From positions 7,312 to 71,311 of the forward strand of contig JAHFJG010000007.1 in assembly GCA_023246005.1 (NCBI GenBank): DNA of 64,000 nucleotides. Reading direction: 5' to 3'. Of this stretch, positions 8,702 through 16,736 are shown in pieces. This DNA comes from Candidatus Doudnabacteria bacterium (GTDB taxonomy: Bacteria; Patescibacteriota; Doudnabacteria; UBA920; O2-02-FULL-48-8). The notes under the pieces were generated by a model. The model was not told the origin of the DNA. It saw only the letters and a program-made list of their open reading frames with translations, and made no database searches. Both the position numbers and the translations under genes were made by a program. Position 1 is the first letter of the stretch. The number at the start of each line of letters is the position of its first letter.

Positions 8702-9592
8702 TCAGCTTGGTGCCGGAGGATTCGGGTAAGGAGCACAGTAGCTGCCGTCAGCTGATATTTTGTTAAATTCAACGTGCACGTGTCCGCCTGAAGTTCTTTC
8801 TACGGGATGGTTATATTCATCTATGGTATCGCCTGGAGGCGGATTGAATCCTGCGCCTTTTGCAATCTGAACTAATTTGGCAATTTGCGGATTACTGCTC
8901 CAGGGCTGACTAGGAGGGGGGCGAATAGAAATATCTACTGCTTCACCAAAAGCGTGCCTGCTTGGAAAATCGCCGCTTCTAAACGCACTGGTTATCGTAA
9001 CCTGGACTCCTGCGCTTGCCGCTGCGCCAACAATTTGCTGAACCTTGCCCAGCATGCACTGTCTGACTCTCGGATCCGAAGTTTGCGAATCAACACTTAC
9101 TCCGCTTAGAGCCACTAAATCAGCAGGCTCCCAAGCAAACGATGCTCCTCCCCCACCACCACCGCTAGTGCCACCATTAAACGCCAGCTGCTTACAAACA
9201 TCAATAGGAAAAAATTTCGAGGCAGCTCTAGTCACTAACCCAGTCAATCCAGTCTGATTGCAGCCAACAATCATAATAACGATTACCAACAAAGCGCCGC
9301 CTAGCACAAGCACAATCGGCCCCCAAACAGGAAAAGAGGCTCCAAGAAACTCAAGCACGATTCCCGCTTTTTTATACCTTCCATACCACTTCTTGGTTTT
9401 CTTTGCTTTGTCAGCAGATCCTGCTTGTTTTTGTTTCTGAATTTCGGCCAGTCTTTGCTGTTGATTGTATTCTTCTATCTCCTGCTCTAAAATATACTGA
9501 TCGACTTCTTCTTGCGAGGGTTGTTGATCTTCTTCTTCCGCCTCTTGTTCCAATAATTCTTCATCAAGACTGTTAGGCATATATTTTCCCAT
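8702..9592 (-). CDS. Membrane protein with C-terminal peptidase M15-like Zn domain
   Basis: ITSAFR...SRHAFGEAVDI...HVHVEF motif. Confidence 0.75.
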   Translation of the reverse strand: MGKYMPNSLDEELLEQEAEEEDQQPSQEEVDQYILEQEIEEYNQQQRLAEIQKQKQAGSADKAKKTKKWYGRYKKAGIVLEFLGASFPVWGPIVLVLGGALLVIVIMIVGCNQTGLTGLVTRAASKFFPIDVCKQLAFNGGTSGGGGGGASFAWEPADLVALSGVSVDSQTSDPRVRQCMLGKVQQIVGAAASAGVQVTITSAFRSGDFPSRHAFGEAVDISIRPPPSQPWSSNPQIAKLVQIAKGAGFNPPPGDTIDEYNHPVERTSGGHVHVEFNKISADGSYCAPYPNPPAPS

Positions 9593-9989
9593 CGCGAGCG
9601 ACCGCTTTTATTTCTAAGGTTTAGTTCTGGCGGTCGCGTGGCGATCTTAATCTAAGTCATCGTAGAGATCACACCATTGTGGATTCGTAGATTCAATAAG
9701 TTTTATCTTATCTGCTCTAGATCCGGCCTTAATCTGCTTTTCTCTTGCTAAAGATGAATCAAAGTCATTATGAGCTTCATAATAGACCAGTTTCGTCAGG
9801 TTGTATTTTTTTGTAAAGCCTTCGACTAGTTTTTGCTTATGGGACCAAACTCTTGCTTTTAGTTCTGAGGAATAGCCTGTATATAGAGTCGTATTCGTAA
9901 AGTTAGTCATAATATAAACACAAAACACCTTTTCGTCTTGGTTAAGATTGCTTCGTCCCCTTTGGTAGTTCATAAGCTCCTCGCAATGG
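9589..9989 (-). mobile_element. RPE-like palindromic element carrying a GIY-YIG gene
   Basis: Arms CCATCGCGAGC...GCGTGGCGATCT and AGATTGCTTCG...CTCCTCGCAATGG; empty copy at 34150-34246. Confidence 0.75.
9647..9973 (-). CDS. GIY-YIG nuclease family protein
   Basis: VYIMTN...LYTGYS...RVWSH...LVYYE...REKQIK. Confidence 0.95.
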   Translation of the reverse strand: MNYQRGRSNLNQDEKVFCVYIMTNFTNTTLYTGYSSELKARVWSHKQKLVEGFTKKYNLTKLVYYEAHNDFDSSLAREKQIKAGSRADKIKLIESTNPQWCDLYDDLD

Positions 9990-9994
9990 AGAAA

Positions 9995-11821
9995 CTAATT
10001 CTCTGAACTCCCCTGCGCCTGCATTTCTTTTTTGGCTTCTTCAATTTCCAACGCTCGCTTTGGATCGGTTGTGATGATCTGATCTTCCATGTATGAAGCA
10101 ATTATCTTGATGGCCACGTGCTTGATCCCAGCAAAGAAAATTCCTTCCCCCACGTCTGATTCCAACAGCAAATATTTCTCGCCTTCAGTCAAAAAGAAAG
10201 TCTCGACTATCACATCAATCGCGGCTGGTGATTGCTTAAGCAGGAGCTGCAAAGACGAGTTGGTCACAATCGGTTTGCCATATGGAGATTGCAAAAAATC
10301 CGAAACGTCTTGGGTGACGGTCGTGACTCCCAAATAATATTTGCGCGCCCGCTTGGCAATGCCAAATAGAAATTTGGCCGAATCATCATGCTGCATCATC
10401 CACCACGCTTCGTCAATCACCAAAATTCTTTTTTTCAAAGTTGAACGGACTACGTTCCAGATATAATTTAAAGTCACATAAATAGCTATTGGGCGCAGAG
10501 CGTCTTCCAGATCTCGGATCGAAAATACGACTAACTGGTTATCCAAATTAATATTCGTGGTCTGGTTGAAAATTCCAGAAAAAGTCCCTTGCGTATACTT
10601 GGTCAAGCGTTGCGCCATGCTTTCTCCGCCAACCATGCCGGTTAAAATTTCTACCAAATCCTGCATAGTCGGCGGTTCGATATTGGTAAAATCAGAATTG
10701 GCAGTAATGTCTTTTTTGGCATAAGTTTCCCAAATCGCCCGATCCATAATCGCTTCTTCAGTGGGATCCAGTTTCCCAAGCATTAAATTCATCAGCCCCA
10801 ACAAATTAACGACTGCGGAACGTAAAATATCCTCTTTGCTTTCGCCTTCAATGCCTCTTGGCAAATCAAACGGATTAACGCGGGAATCGGAGTTCAAAGA
10901 AATATTCAAAAACGAACCGCCTACAGCATTGGAAAGATGCCGATATTCGTTTTCCGGATCTATGACAATCACATCAGTTCCCAACATTAAGGATCGCAGA
11001 ATCTCCAGCTTGACCGCATAACTTTTGCCCGAGCCTGACTTTGCAAACACGACTGAATTGGCGTTTTCCATCTGAAACCGATCAAACAAAATTAAGCTGT
11101 TATTATGCCGATTAATGCCGTATAAAATTCCGTCATTGGAAGTCAGTTCCGAAGATACAAACGGAAAAGTCGTAGACAAAGGCTGGGTATTCATGTTTGT
11201 GGCAATCGCCAACTCGTCATTGCCTAAAGGCAAGGTCGAGTTGAATCCTTGTTCCATCTGCAATATCGCCGGCTTGGCCACGATTAACTTGGACCCAAGC
11301 AAGGACTCGAGAGTTGCTGAAAATTGATCCAGCTCCTTTAAGTCGTCAGCGTATAAAGTAAAGTAGATGGAAAAACGAAAATATCGCTCGGTTCCTTGCT
11401 GCAGCCTGTTGCGCAATTCTTCCACATCCTGGAAAGCCGTTTCCATCATCGGATCTCTGACATTGCCTTTTTCCTGGCCAAGCCGCATGCTGGCTTCCAG
11501 CTGGCCGACTTTGCTCTTAAGCTTTTTCATAATTTCATCCGTCGCCATGGGGTAAATAAACATGGCCATATCAATTGGCGCATCCAAACTGATGATCGGA
11601 GCTAACCAGTCGACCGAAATAAATCGCGGATAGGACATGATGAAAAAAGACCGCGCCAACCTGCCTGATACCTCGACGGAATTTTGATTGACTCGAAAAG
11701 CTGATGGCGCAATTAAATCCCGCAGAGTATTTAACCCGCTTTTATATTCGCGTTCTTTCTTAACTATCTCACGCTGTAACTCGCGCTGCGGATCAGGTTG
11801 ATTATCGGAAAATAATGCCAT
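9995..11821 (-). CDS. VirB4/TraC-like type IV secretion ATPase
   Basis: Walker A AKSGSGKS, IDPENEY, Walker B VIDEAW, RARKY; the ORF track extension to 11881 is repeat-derived. Confidence 0.93.
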   Translation of the reverse strand: MALFSDNQPDPQRELQREIVKKEREYKSGLNTLRDLIAPSAFRVNQNSVEVSGRLARSFFIMSYPRFISVDWLAPIISLDAPIDMAMFIYPMATDEIMKKLKSKVGQLEASMRLGQEKGNVRDPMMETAFQDVEELRNRLQQGTERYFRFSIYFTLYADDLKELDQFSATLESLLGSKLIVAKPAILQMEQGFNSTLPLGNDELAIATNMNTQPLSTTFPFVSSELTSNDGILYGINRHNNSLILFDRFQMENANSVVFAKSGSGKSYAVKLEILRSLMLGTDVIVIDPENEYRHLSNAVGGSFLNISLNSDSRVNPFDLPRGIEGESKEDILRSAVVNLLGLMNLMLGKLDPTEEAIMDRAIWETYAKKDITANSDFTNIEPPTMQDLVEILTGMVGGESMAQRLTKYTQGTFSGIFNQTTNINLDNQLVVFSIRDLEDALRPIAIYVTLNYIWNVVRSTLKKRILVIDEAWWMMQHDDSAKFLFGIAKRARKYYLGVTTVTQDVSDFLQSPYGKPIVTNSSLQLLLKQSPAAIDVIVETFFLTEGEKYLLLESDVGEGIFFAGIKHVAIKIIASYMEDQIITTDPKRALEIEEAKKEMQAQGSSEN

Positions 11822-11822
11822 A

Positions 11823-12245
11823 TTATTCGCGATCCGAATGACCCGAATTTGCATCCGAATTATCCGAATCATAGTTCGCATTAAGGACTCTTTTTGGCTT
11901 CAAAAATGCTGCTCTAAAATTTACTATTAGTCCGAGTTCTAAATTAGCGGCTTTGAGGTATCTTTGCATTTGGATATAATCTTCTTTCGTTATGACCCGT
12001 TTAGCCTTAAAATCTGTTAAAATTCTGCCAAAAATCAGGAAATCTACTCTGTTGCCTTCAGGGGAATCGCTCTGTAAATTCTTAAGCTCGTATTCTCTTT
12101 CAAATGGAATTTTTAGTTTTTTAAGTTTTTCTTCAAATTTATCTGCATATTGTCTTTCTCTAGCAAATCTTCCCAGCTCGTTATGTGTCTCAAAACAAAC
12201 CCCTGTTATTTTATATGATTCATCTGCGTATAATATTCGTGGCAT
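11823..12245 (-). CDS. GxxExxY protein (PD-(D/E)XK-like)
   Basis: HNELGRFARERQY, RVDFLI, QMQRYL, GLIVNF. Confidence 0.9.
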   Translation of the reverse strand: MPRILYADESYKITGVCFETHNELGRFARERQYADKFEEKLKKLKIPFEREYELKNLQSDSPEGNRVDFLIFGRILTDFKAKRVITKEDYIQMQRYLKAANLELGLIVNFRAAFLKPKRVLNANYDSDNSDANSGHSDRE

Positions 12246-12263
12246 TCGGATGTCATTCGTGGA

Positions 12264-12959
12264 TTAGGATCGCAATATGTCCAAATCTTCTACGGATTTA
12301 ATTCTAATTGCCGAGGCTGTGTTTAAATTATAACTATTATACATAAGTTCGATCAGCTCCTCTGTGCTTAAAACCAGGGTTTTCAAGCCCATGGCTGAAA
12401 GTCCCGACACAATCTGATTAACTCGTTTGGACAGCTCTTCGCGGGCGTTTTCAAACTCCAGGCTTTTGCCGGCAATCTGTTTGGCCGGACTAAATAAATT
12501 TGTAACCTTTGACATAAAACCAGATTTGACTCCTGCTGTAGTTAATGGAACAACTACATAAAATGTCTTGTTCATTATGCTGGCAAATTCGATAAGCTTG
12601 CCGATGTATTCGATATATTCTTGCGTCTGCATACGCAGCAATTCGTTGGTTTGTTGTTGCATAATACTCCGCAGCTTGTCCAAATAAGCATGAATGTCGA
12701 GCTTCCTTGATTGCATGAGAATTTGGATGGGAAATTCAAGACCATTGAGAAAATTCTGATAAGCTGAAATTAGAGCGTTTTGTTCTTCCACGCTCTTTAA
12801 GGAAAAATTCGTGGAAGAAACTACCATCACCGTTCGCATGGACCCGTCCCGCATAATAATCGTTCCTTCTTTTATTTCATCAATGTCCAAATAAGCCTGC
12901 GTGCTGGCAGTTGGTTTATTATTGCCTATATTCGATTGCATTTCTTGCTTAGTAGACAT
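12264..12959 (-). CDS. Conserved CPR secretion-operon protein resembling the VirB4 N-terminal region
   Basis: STQAYLDIDEIKEG, NFSLKSVEEQ, FLNGLEFPIQI; between PrgI and VirB4. Confidence 0.7.
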   Translation of the reverse strand: MSTKQEMQSNIGNNKPTASTQAYLDIDEIKEGTIIMRDGSMRTVMVVSSTNFSLKSVEEQNALISAYQNFLNGLEFPIQILMQSRKLDIHAYLDKLRSIMQQQTNELLRMQTQEYIEYIGKLIEFASIMNKTFYVVVPLTTAGVKSGFMSKVTNLFSPAKQIAGKSLEFENAREELSKRVNQIVSGLSAMGLKTLVLSTEELIELMYNSYNLNTASAIRIKSVEDLDILRS

Positions 12960-12986
12960 AGATCAGATAACAGTGAACAGTTAACA

Positions 12987-13352
12987 TTAACTCGTTTTAG
13001 CGCTTGGGACTTTAATTGTCCAGAGCATTGCCCCGATTTCATCCGCTAACTTTGATGATTGCAAATAATCTTCTTCAGTCATATAATTTTCCTTATAGGC
13101 AAATTCAAGAAGATATTTTGATTCTTGAAGAGAACCATAAGAGATATCAAAAAAATTCTGCTGTACTTTATCCCGAATGCGCGCATATCCTTCGATAAAA
13201 TTTAAAATAACCGACAAAGCAGATCTCCTTAACTGAGAAGTAACACCGTATAATTCATCTCTCGGAAAGCTTTTCGTAATTTTATAAACCAAATGAACAT
13301 AAATATCCATCTTTGCTCTTAGTTTATCAAAATATGATTCAGTCTGATGCAT
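12987..13352 (-). CDS. Four helix bundle protein (23S rRNA IVP/S23 family)
   Basis: FPRDELYGVTSQLRRSALSVILNFIEG, SYGSLQE. Confidence 0.93.
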   Translation of the reverse strand: MHQTESYFDKLRAKMDIYVHLVYKITKSFPRDELYGVTSQLRRSALSVILNFIEGYARIRDKVQQNFFDISYGSLQESKYLLEFAYKENYMTEEDYLQSSKLADEIGAMLWTIKVPSAKTS

Positions 13353-13363
13353 TTTGTTATCTG

Positions 13364-13807
13364 TTATCTGATATCTGTTTTCTGACGTATCAGTTCTTTC
13401 TCTTCTTCTGTTTTCTGGTCAAGCAAATATGCTAACTTTTTCAGTCTGCTCTGATCCGGTTCCTCGATGCGCCCTATTTTTGCTGGAGCTGGTTTAGCTT
13501 TTTGGGTTCTAACAACAATATCAACTTCTTCGCGTTTAAAAATCCTAACCTGCGGCTTGGAAAAAAAGCTGACAAATGCCCCTAGGTAAGCAAACATAGG
13601 CCGGCCATTAAATTTCGCAAACCCCACGGCAACGCCGATCAAGGTTACTGGTAGAGCAAATAAGAAAAAGAACACTGAAAACTTCAATAATGAGTAAAAA
13701 AACAAATCAACTCCGCCAGTGGCCAATAAAAACAAAAACTGCTTGAGAGTCAGAGGACCGATTAGTTTATCCTCAATGTCAGTGAATTGCGGTACGGCAA
13801 ATTGCAT
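13364..13807 (-). CDS. PrgI family protein
   Basis: MQFAVPQFTDIEDKLIGPLTLKQF, two TMs, NGRP. Confidence 0.9.
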   Translation of the reverse strand: MQFAVPQFTDIEDKLIGPLTLKQFLFLLATGGVDLFFYSLLKFSVFFFLFALPVTLIGVAVGFAKFNGRPMFAYLGAFVSFFSKPQVRIFKREEVDIVVRTQKAKPAPAKIGRIEEPDQSRLKKLAYLLDQKTEEEKELIRQKTDIR

Positions 13808-13842
13808 GTTGCAAAGTAAAAAGTTAAAGGTAAAAAATAAAA

Positions 13843-14217
13843 CTAATCGTTATTCTTAAGGGAAACTATGCTAGCGCCTAGTATTTTTGATAATTCTTCA
13901 GCTTCGAGCAACAATTCTTTTGCTTTGTTAGGTTCAGCTTTAGCTGAATCAATCATTAAATTAAGCCAAAATTTTGTTTCGTTCGCAGATTTTAGAGCAT
14001 ATAAGTAAAAATTGATAAAATCCTTTCTGCTGCTAGCAGCTATGGCTTCAATTATATTGGCACCAATGCTTGTTCCACAACGCAATAGCTGTCGAGCCAG
14101 AATCTGAACATTAAAGTCCTTTTTGTCTAAAGTATCAATAAATACTATAACTTCTAGGGCAAATTTATAGCTTCTCGATTTAATGTCTATTTTTATTTTA
14201 GAGTTAGTTTCAGACAT
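13843..14217 (-). CDS. Four helix bundle protein
   Basis: QLLRCGTSIGANIIEA...ALKSANETKFWL; start at 14217 preferred. Confidence 0.92.
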   Translation of the reverse strand: MSETNSKIKIDIKSRSYKFALEVIVFIDTLDKKDFNVQILARQLLRCGTSIGANIIEAIAASSRKDFINFYLYALKSANETKFWLNLMIDSAKAEPNKAKELLLEAEELSKILGASIVSLKNND

Positions 14218-14314
14218 TTGCAGTAACTTTTCCACAATAACTATAACATAAAACAATCAAATTACCAAAAAGCCAGGGCGGCTTCCCAGGCTTTTACTTT
14301 TGACTTTTTACCTT

Positions 14315-14755
14315 TTACTTCATGAAAGCTTTTATCCACTTCATCCAGCCCTCTCCTTCATCCTCGTAATTATTCCAAAATTCTTCCGGCCTGACTATTT
14401 TTGTGCCTTGGAATTTTTCAAGCTTAAGAAGATGTTGATCAGAAGTAATCAAATAATCAGCATTGCAAGTAACGGCTGATTCTAAAATTTTATTGTCCTC
14501 GTCATCCTCAACAACGTGCAAAGATTCGCCTGGGCCAATCTGGCTGACCATTTCAAAAAAATATTCCAGTTTTTTGAGATAACCTTCATCATTAATTTTC
14601 TTCTGGGCTAAGAATTTATTTTCTCGCAAAGTGCCTTTGTTGGCATAAGCCTCAACTTGTCTGGCAATAACTAAATCTATGATCCTGTTAGCATAACTGT
14701 GATCATCATTTGATGCGTCTATTAAAGCATTGGTGTCAATCACGACTTTGAGCAT
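14315..14755 (-). CDS. PIN domain putative toxin
   Basis: VVIDTNAL, DEDNKILESA, ITSDQHLL. Confidence 0.9.
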   Translation of the reverse strand: MLKVVIDTNALIDASNDDHSYANRIIDLVIARQVEAYANKGTLRENKFLAQKKINDEGYLKKLEYFFEMVSQIGPGESLHVVEDDEDNKILESAVTCNADYLITSDQHLLKLEKFQGTKIVRPEEFWNNYEDEGEGWMKWIKAFMK

Positions 14756-14789
14756 AAAAAGGTTGTAGGTTATAGTTGGTAGGTTGTAG

Positions 14790-15152
14790 TTAGGACTTAT
14801 CTAATTCTTGGGTCATCTTATTAAGCATGCGCATTATTTCATCCAAAAGATCAACCACGATCAAACTTTTGGCATCATTCCCAAAACCAAGCTTTTTAGA
14901 AATTATCAACTGAGTTTCTAATTCTGCGCCGGATCCATAAGCTGTGAATAAAAAATGACGGTAATCTTTTTTAGTTCCACGCTTACTACCTTCAGCAATA
15001 TTTGACGGGATCGAAACCGCACATCTACGCATTTGGGAAGTCAAACCAAATTGTTCTTCTCGAGGAAAATCTTTTGTTAATCCATAGACTGCAACCACCA
15101 GGTCTAGGGATTTTTGCCAAACAATGAGATCCTTATAAGATGATAAACTCAT
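14790..15152 (-). CDS. Four helix bundle protein
   Basis: YKDLIVWQKS, FPREEQFGLTSQMRRCAVSIPSNIAEG, GSGAELETQL. Confidence 0.95.
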   Translation of the reverse strand: MSLSSYKDLIVWQKSLDLVVAVYGLTKDFPREEQFGLTSQMRRCAVSIPSNIAEGSKRGTKKDYRHFLFTAYGSGAELETQLIISKKLGFGNDAKSLIVVDLLDEIMRMLNKMTQELDKS

Positions 15153-15257
15153 ATATTATTAATTAATAATACTGAAGTACTTTAGCATTATCCTGAATAA
15201 AAATAAACCCCATGAGGAGGTCTATTCTACAACCTATAACCTACCACCTACAACCTT

Positions 15258-16730
15258 TTATAGTCTTTCAATTTCCTTACGAAGGTCTGCGATTGCTTCA
15301 AATTCTTGCAGCGTCAAATCGCTGCCGGCTTTGTTCGCGGCATTTTTGAACACCACTGTTCTATCAGCATTATTATCATGAATCATGGCAGAGCCAATTT
15401 GCAGATAAATCTTAAACAATGGGCTTTGTTCAAAGGCATTAACGACATAATACGGCAACAGCCGGTTGGCTTGCGCCAGATAAATGATTCGAGATTGGAG
15501 ATTCGAGATTTGAGCTTGCAAAGTTCCCGCGCGCAGATAGCTTAAATCAACTTTTTTCAAATCATCAACGATTTGAATATCATTTAATGATTTCGAAGGA
15601 GTCAATTTGACTGAAGCGGGCCTGTAATAATTCTCCGGTGCGACTGAAGACGGCAGAAACTTTGTAGGTAAAGGAACGGGCTTTGAGATCCGCAATCCTG
15701 AATTCATTTCAGGATCTCTTTTTTGAGATACTGAAACCCCTGAACTTGATTCAGGGTCAGCATTGCGAGGCGGAGAAACCAATTCCGGAGTTTTCACTTC
15801 ACGCTTAATTTCTTCCGGCGTCATCTTCACAAGCGTTTGTTTGCTGCTATCTGATATCTGTTTACTGATCCCTGTTTCCCCCATTTGCCGCCGCAAAACT
15901 TCCAGGTCTTGGCCGTGAGAAGGAGTTGGTGGTCTGGGAGGAGTTCGTGGTCGTGGGGCAACTGGTATATTCTGATTTTTAACAACTTGCTGGAAATCTA
16001 CTGTTGCTTCTTCAAAGGCTGTTCCGTATTTGAGCCAATCATAAAGCTCTAGAATAATAAGCAACAACTTTCGATCGGTATTGGACAACTTCCGGACAGT
16101 TTGGTTCTGATTTATGTACGTAATCCTTTCTATAGCTCCTCTTGTTTCGAGTATAGGTCCTGCTTTTCTTGTGTTTCGATCATAATCCAATAACCAGTTG
16201 CCTATTGAGGGTGGGACATTTTTATCTGCTATTGTTAGGGGATTACTACCAACTGTAACAAAACTCCTAAGCATGATATTAGCCAATGACTCGGCAATCG
16301 CTCCTTCTTCTCTAACGTCATCATAAACATTTAAAACATCCTGAAACTTTTCTTGGATTGGTATTTTGGCCTTTATTGCATCTGTCAGATGGTTCTTGAT
16401 CAAATTTTCTATTTCTGCAAAGGGCCTTGAGGACAAACATTCAAATTTCAACAGGACTATCAATTTCTGATATTTTTCGTACAGCTCCGGGGACTCAGTT
16501 TTCAGTTCTGGGTATTTGCCAATCAATATGTCTTCCAAAAGCATCCGAGCTTTCAAGGCCTCTTCCCGGTTATCAAACTCAATGCTTCCTTCAACTATTT
16601 GCTTGAACTGCTCAAAAACCTCCGGATATGCTAACTGCTTTCTGTCCGTGATGAAAGACAATGGTGTTGTATTACCAACCACAGCGGAGTTAGATGTTGT
16701 GCTTTGCTGAATTAGAGTTTCGTCTGGCAT
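15258..16730 (-). CDS. Hypothetical protein of the secretion operon with Pro-rich linker
   Basis: Long ORF; linker contains in-frame palindrome and heptamer insertions. Confidence 0.75.
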   Translation of the reverse strand: MPDETLIQQSTTSNSAVVGNTTPLSFITDRKQLAYPEVFEQFKQIVEGSIEFDNREEALKARMLLEDILIGKYPELKTESPELYEKYQKLIVLLKFECLSSRPFAEIENLIKNHLTDAIKAKIPIQEKFQDVLNVYDDVREEGAIAESLANIMLRSFVTVGSNPLTIADKNVPPSIGNWLLDYDRNTRKAGPILETRGAIERITYINQNQTVRKLSNTDRKLLLIILELYDWLKYGTAFEEATVDFQQVVKNQNIPVAPRPRTPPRPPTPSHGQDLEVLRRQMGETGISKQISDSSKQTLVKMTPEEIKREVKTPELVSPPRNADPESSSGVSVSQKRDPEMNSGLRISKPVPLPTKFLPSSVAPENYYRPASVKLTPSKSLNDIQIVDDLKKVDLSYLRAGTLQAQISNLQSRIIYLAQANRLLPYYVVNAFEQSPLFKIYLQIGSAMIHDNNADRTVVFKNAANKAGSDLTLQEFEAIADLRKEIERL

Positions 16731-16736
16731 ATTTTT

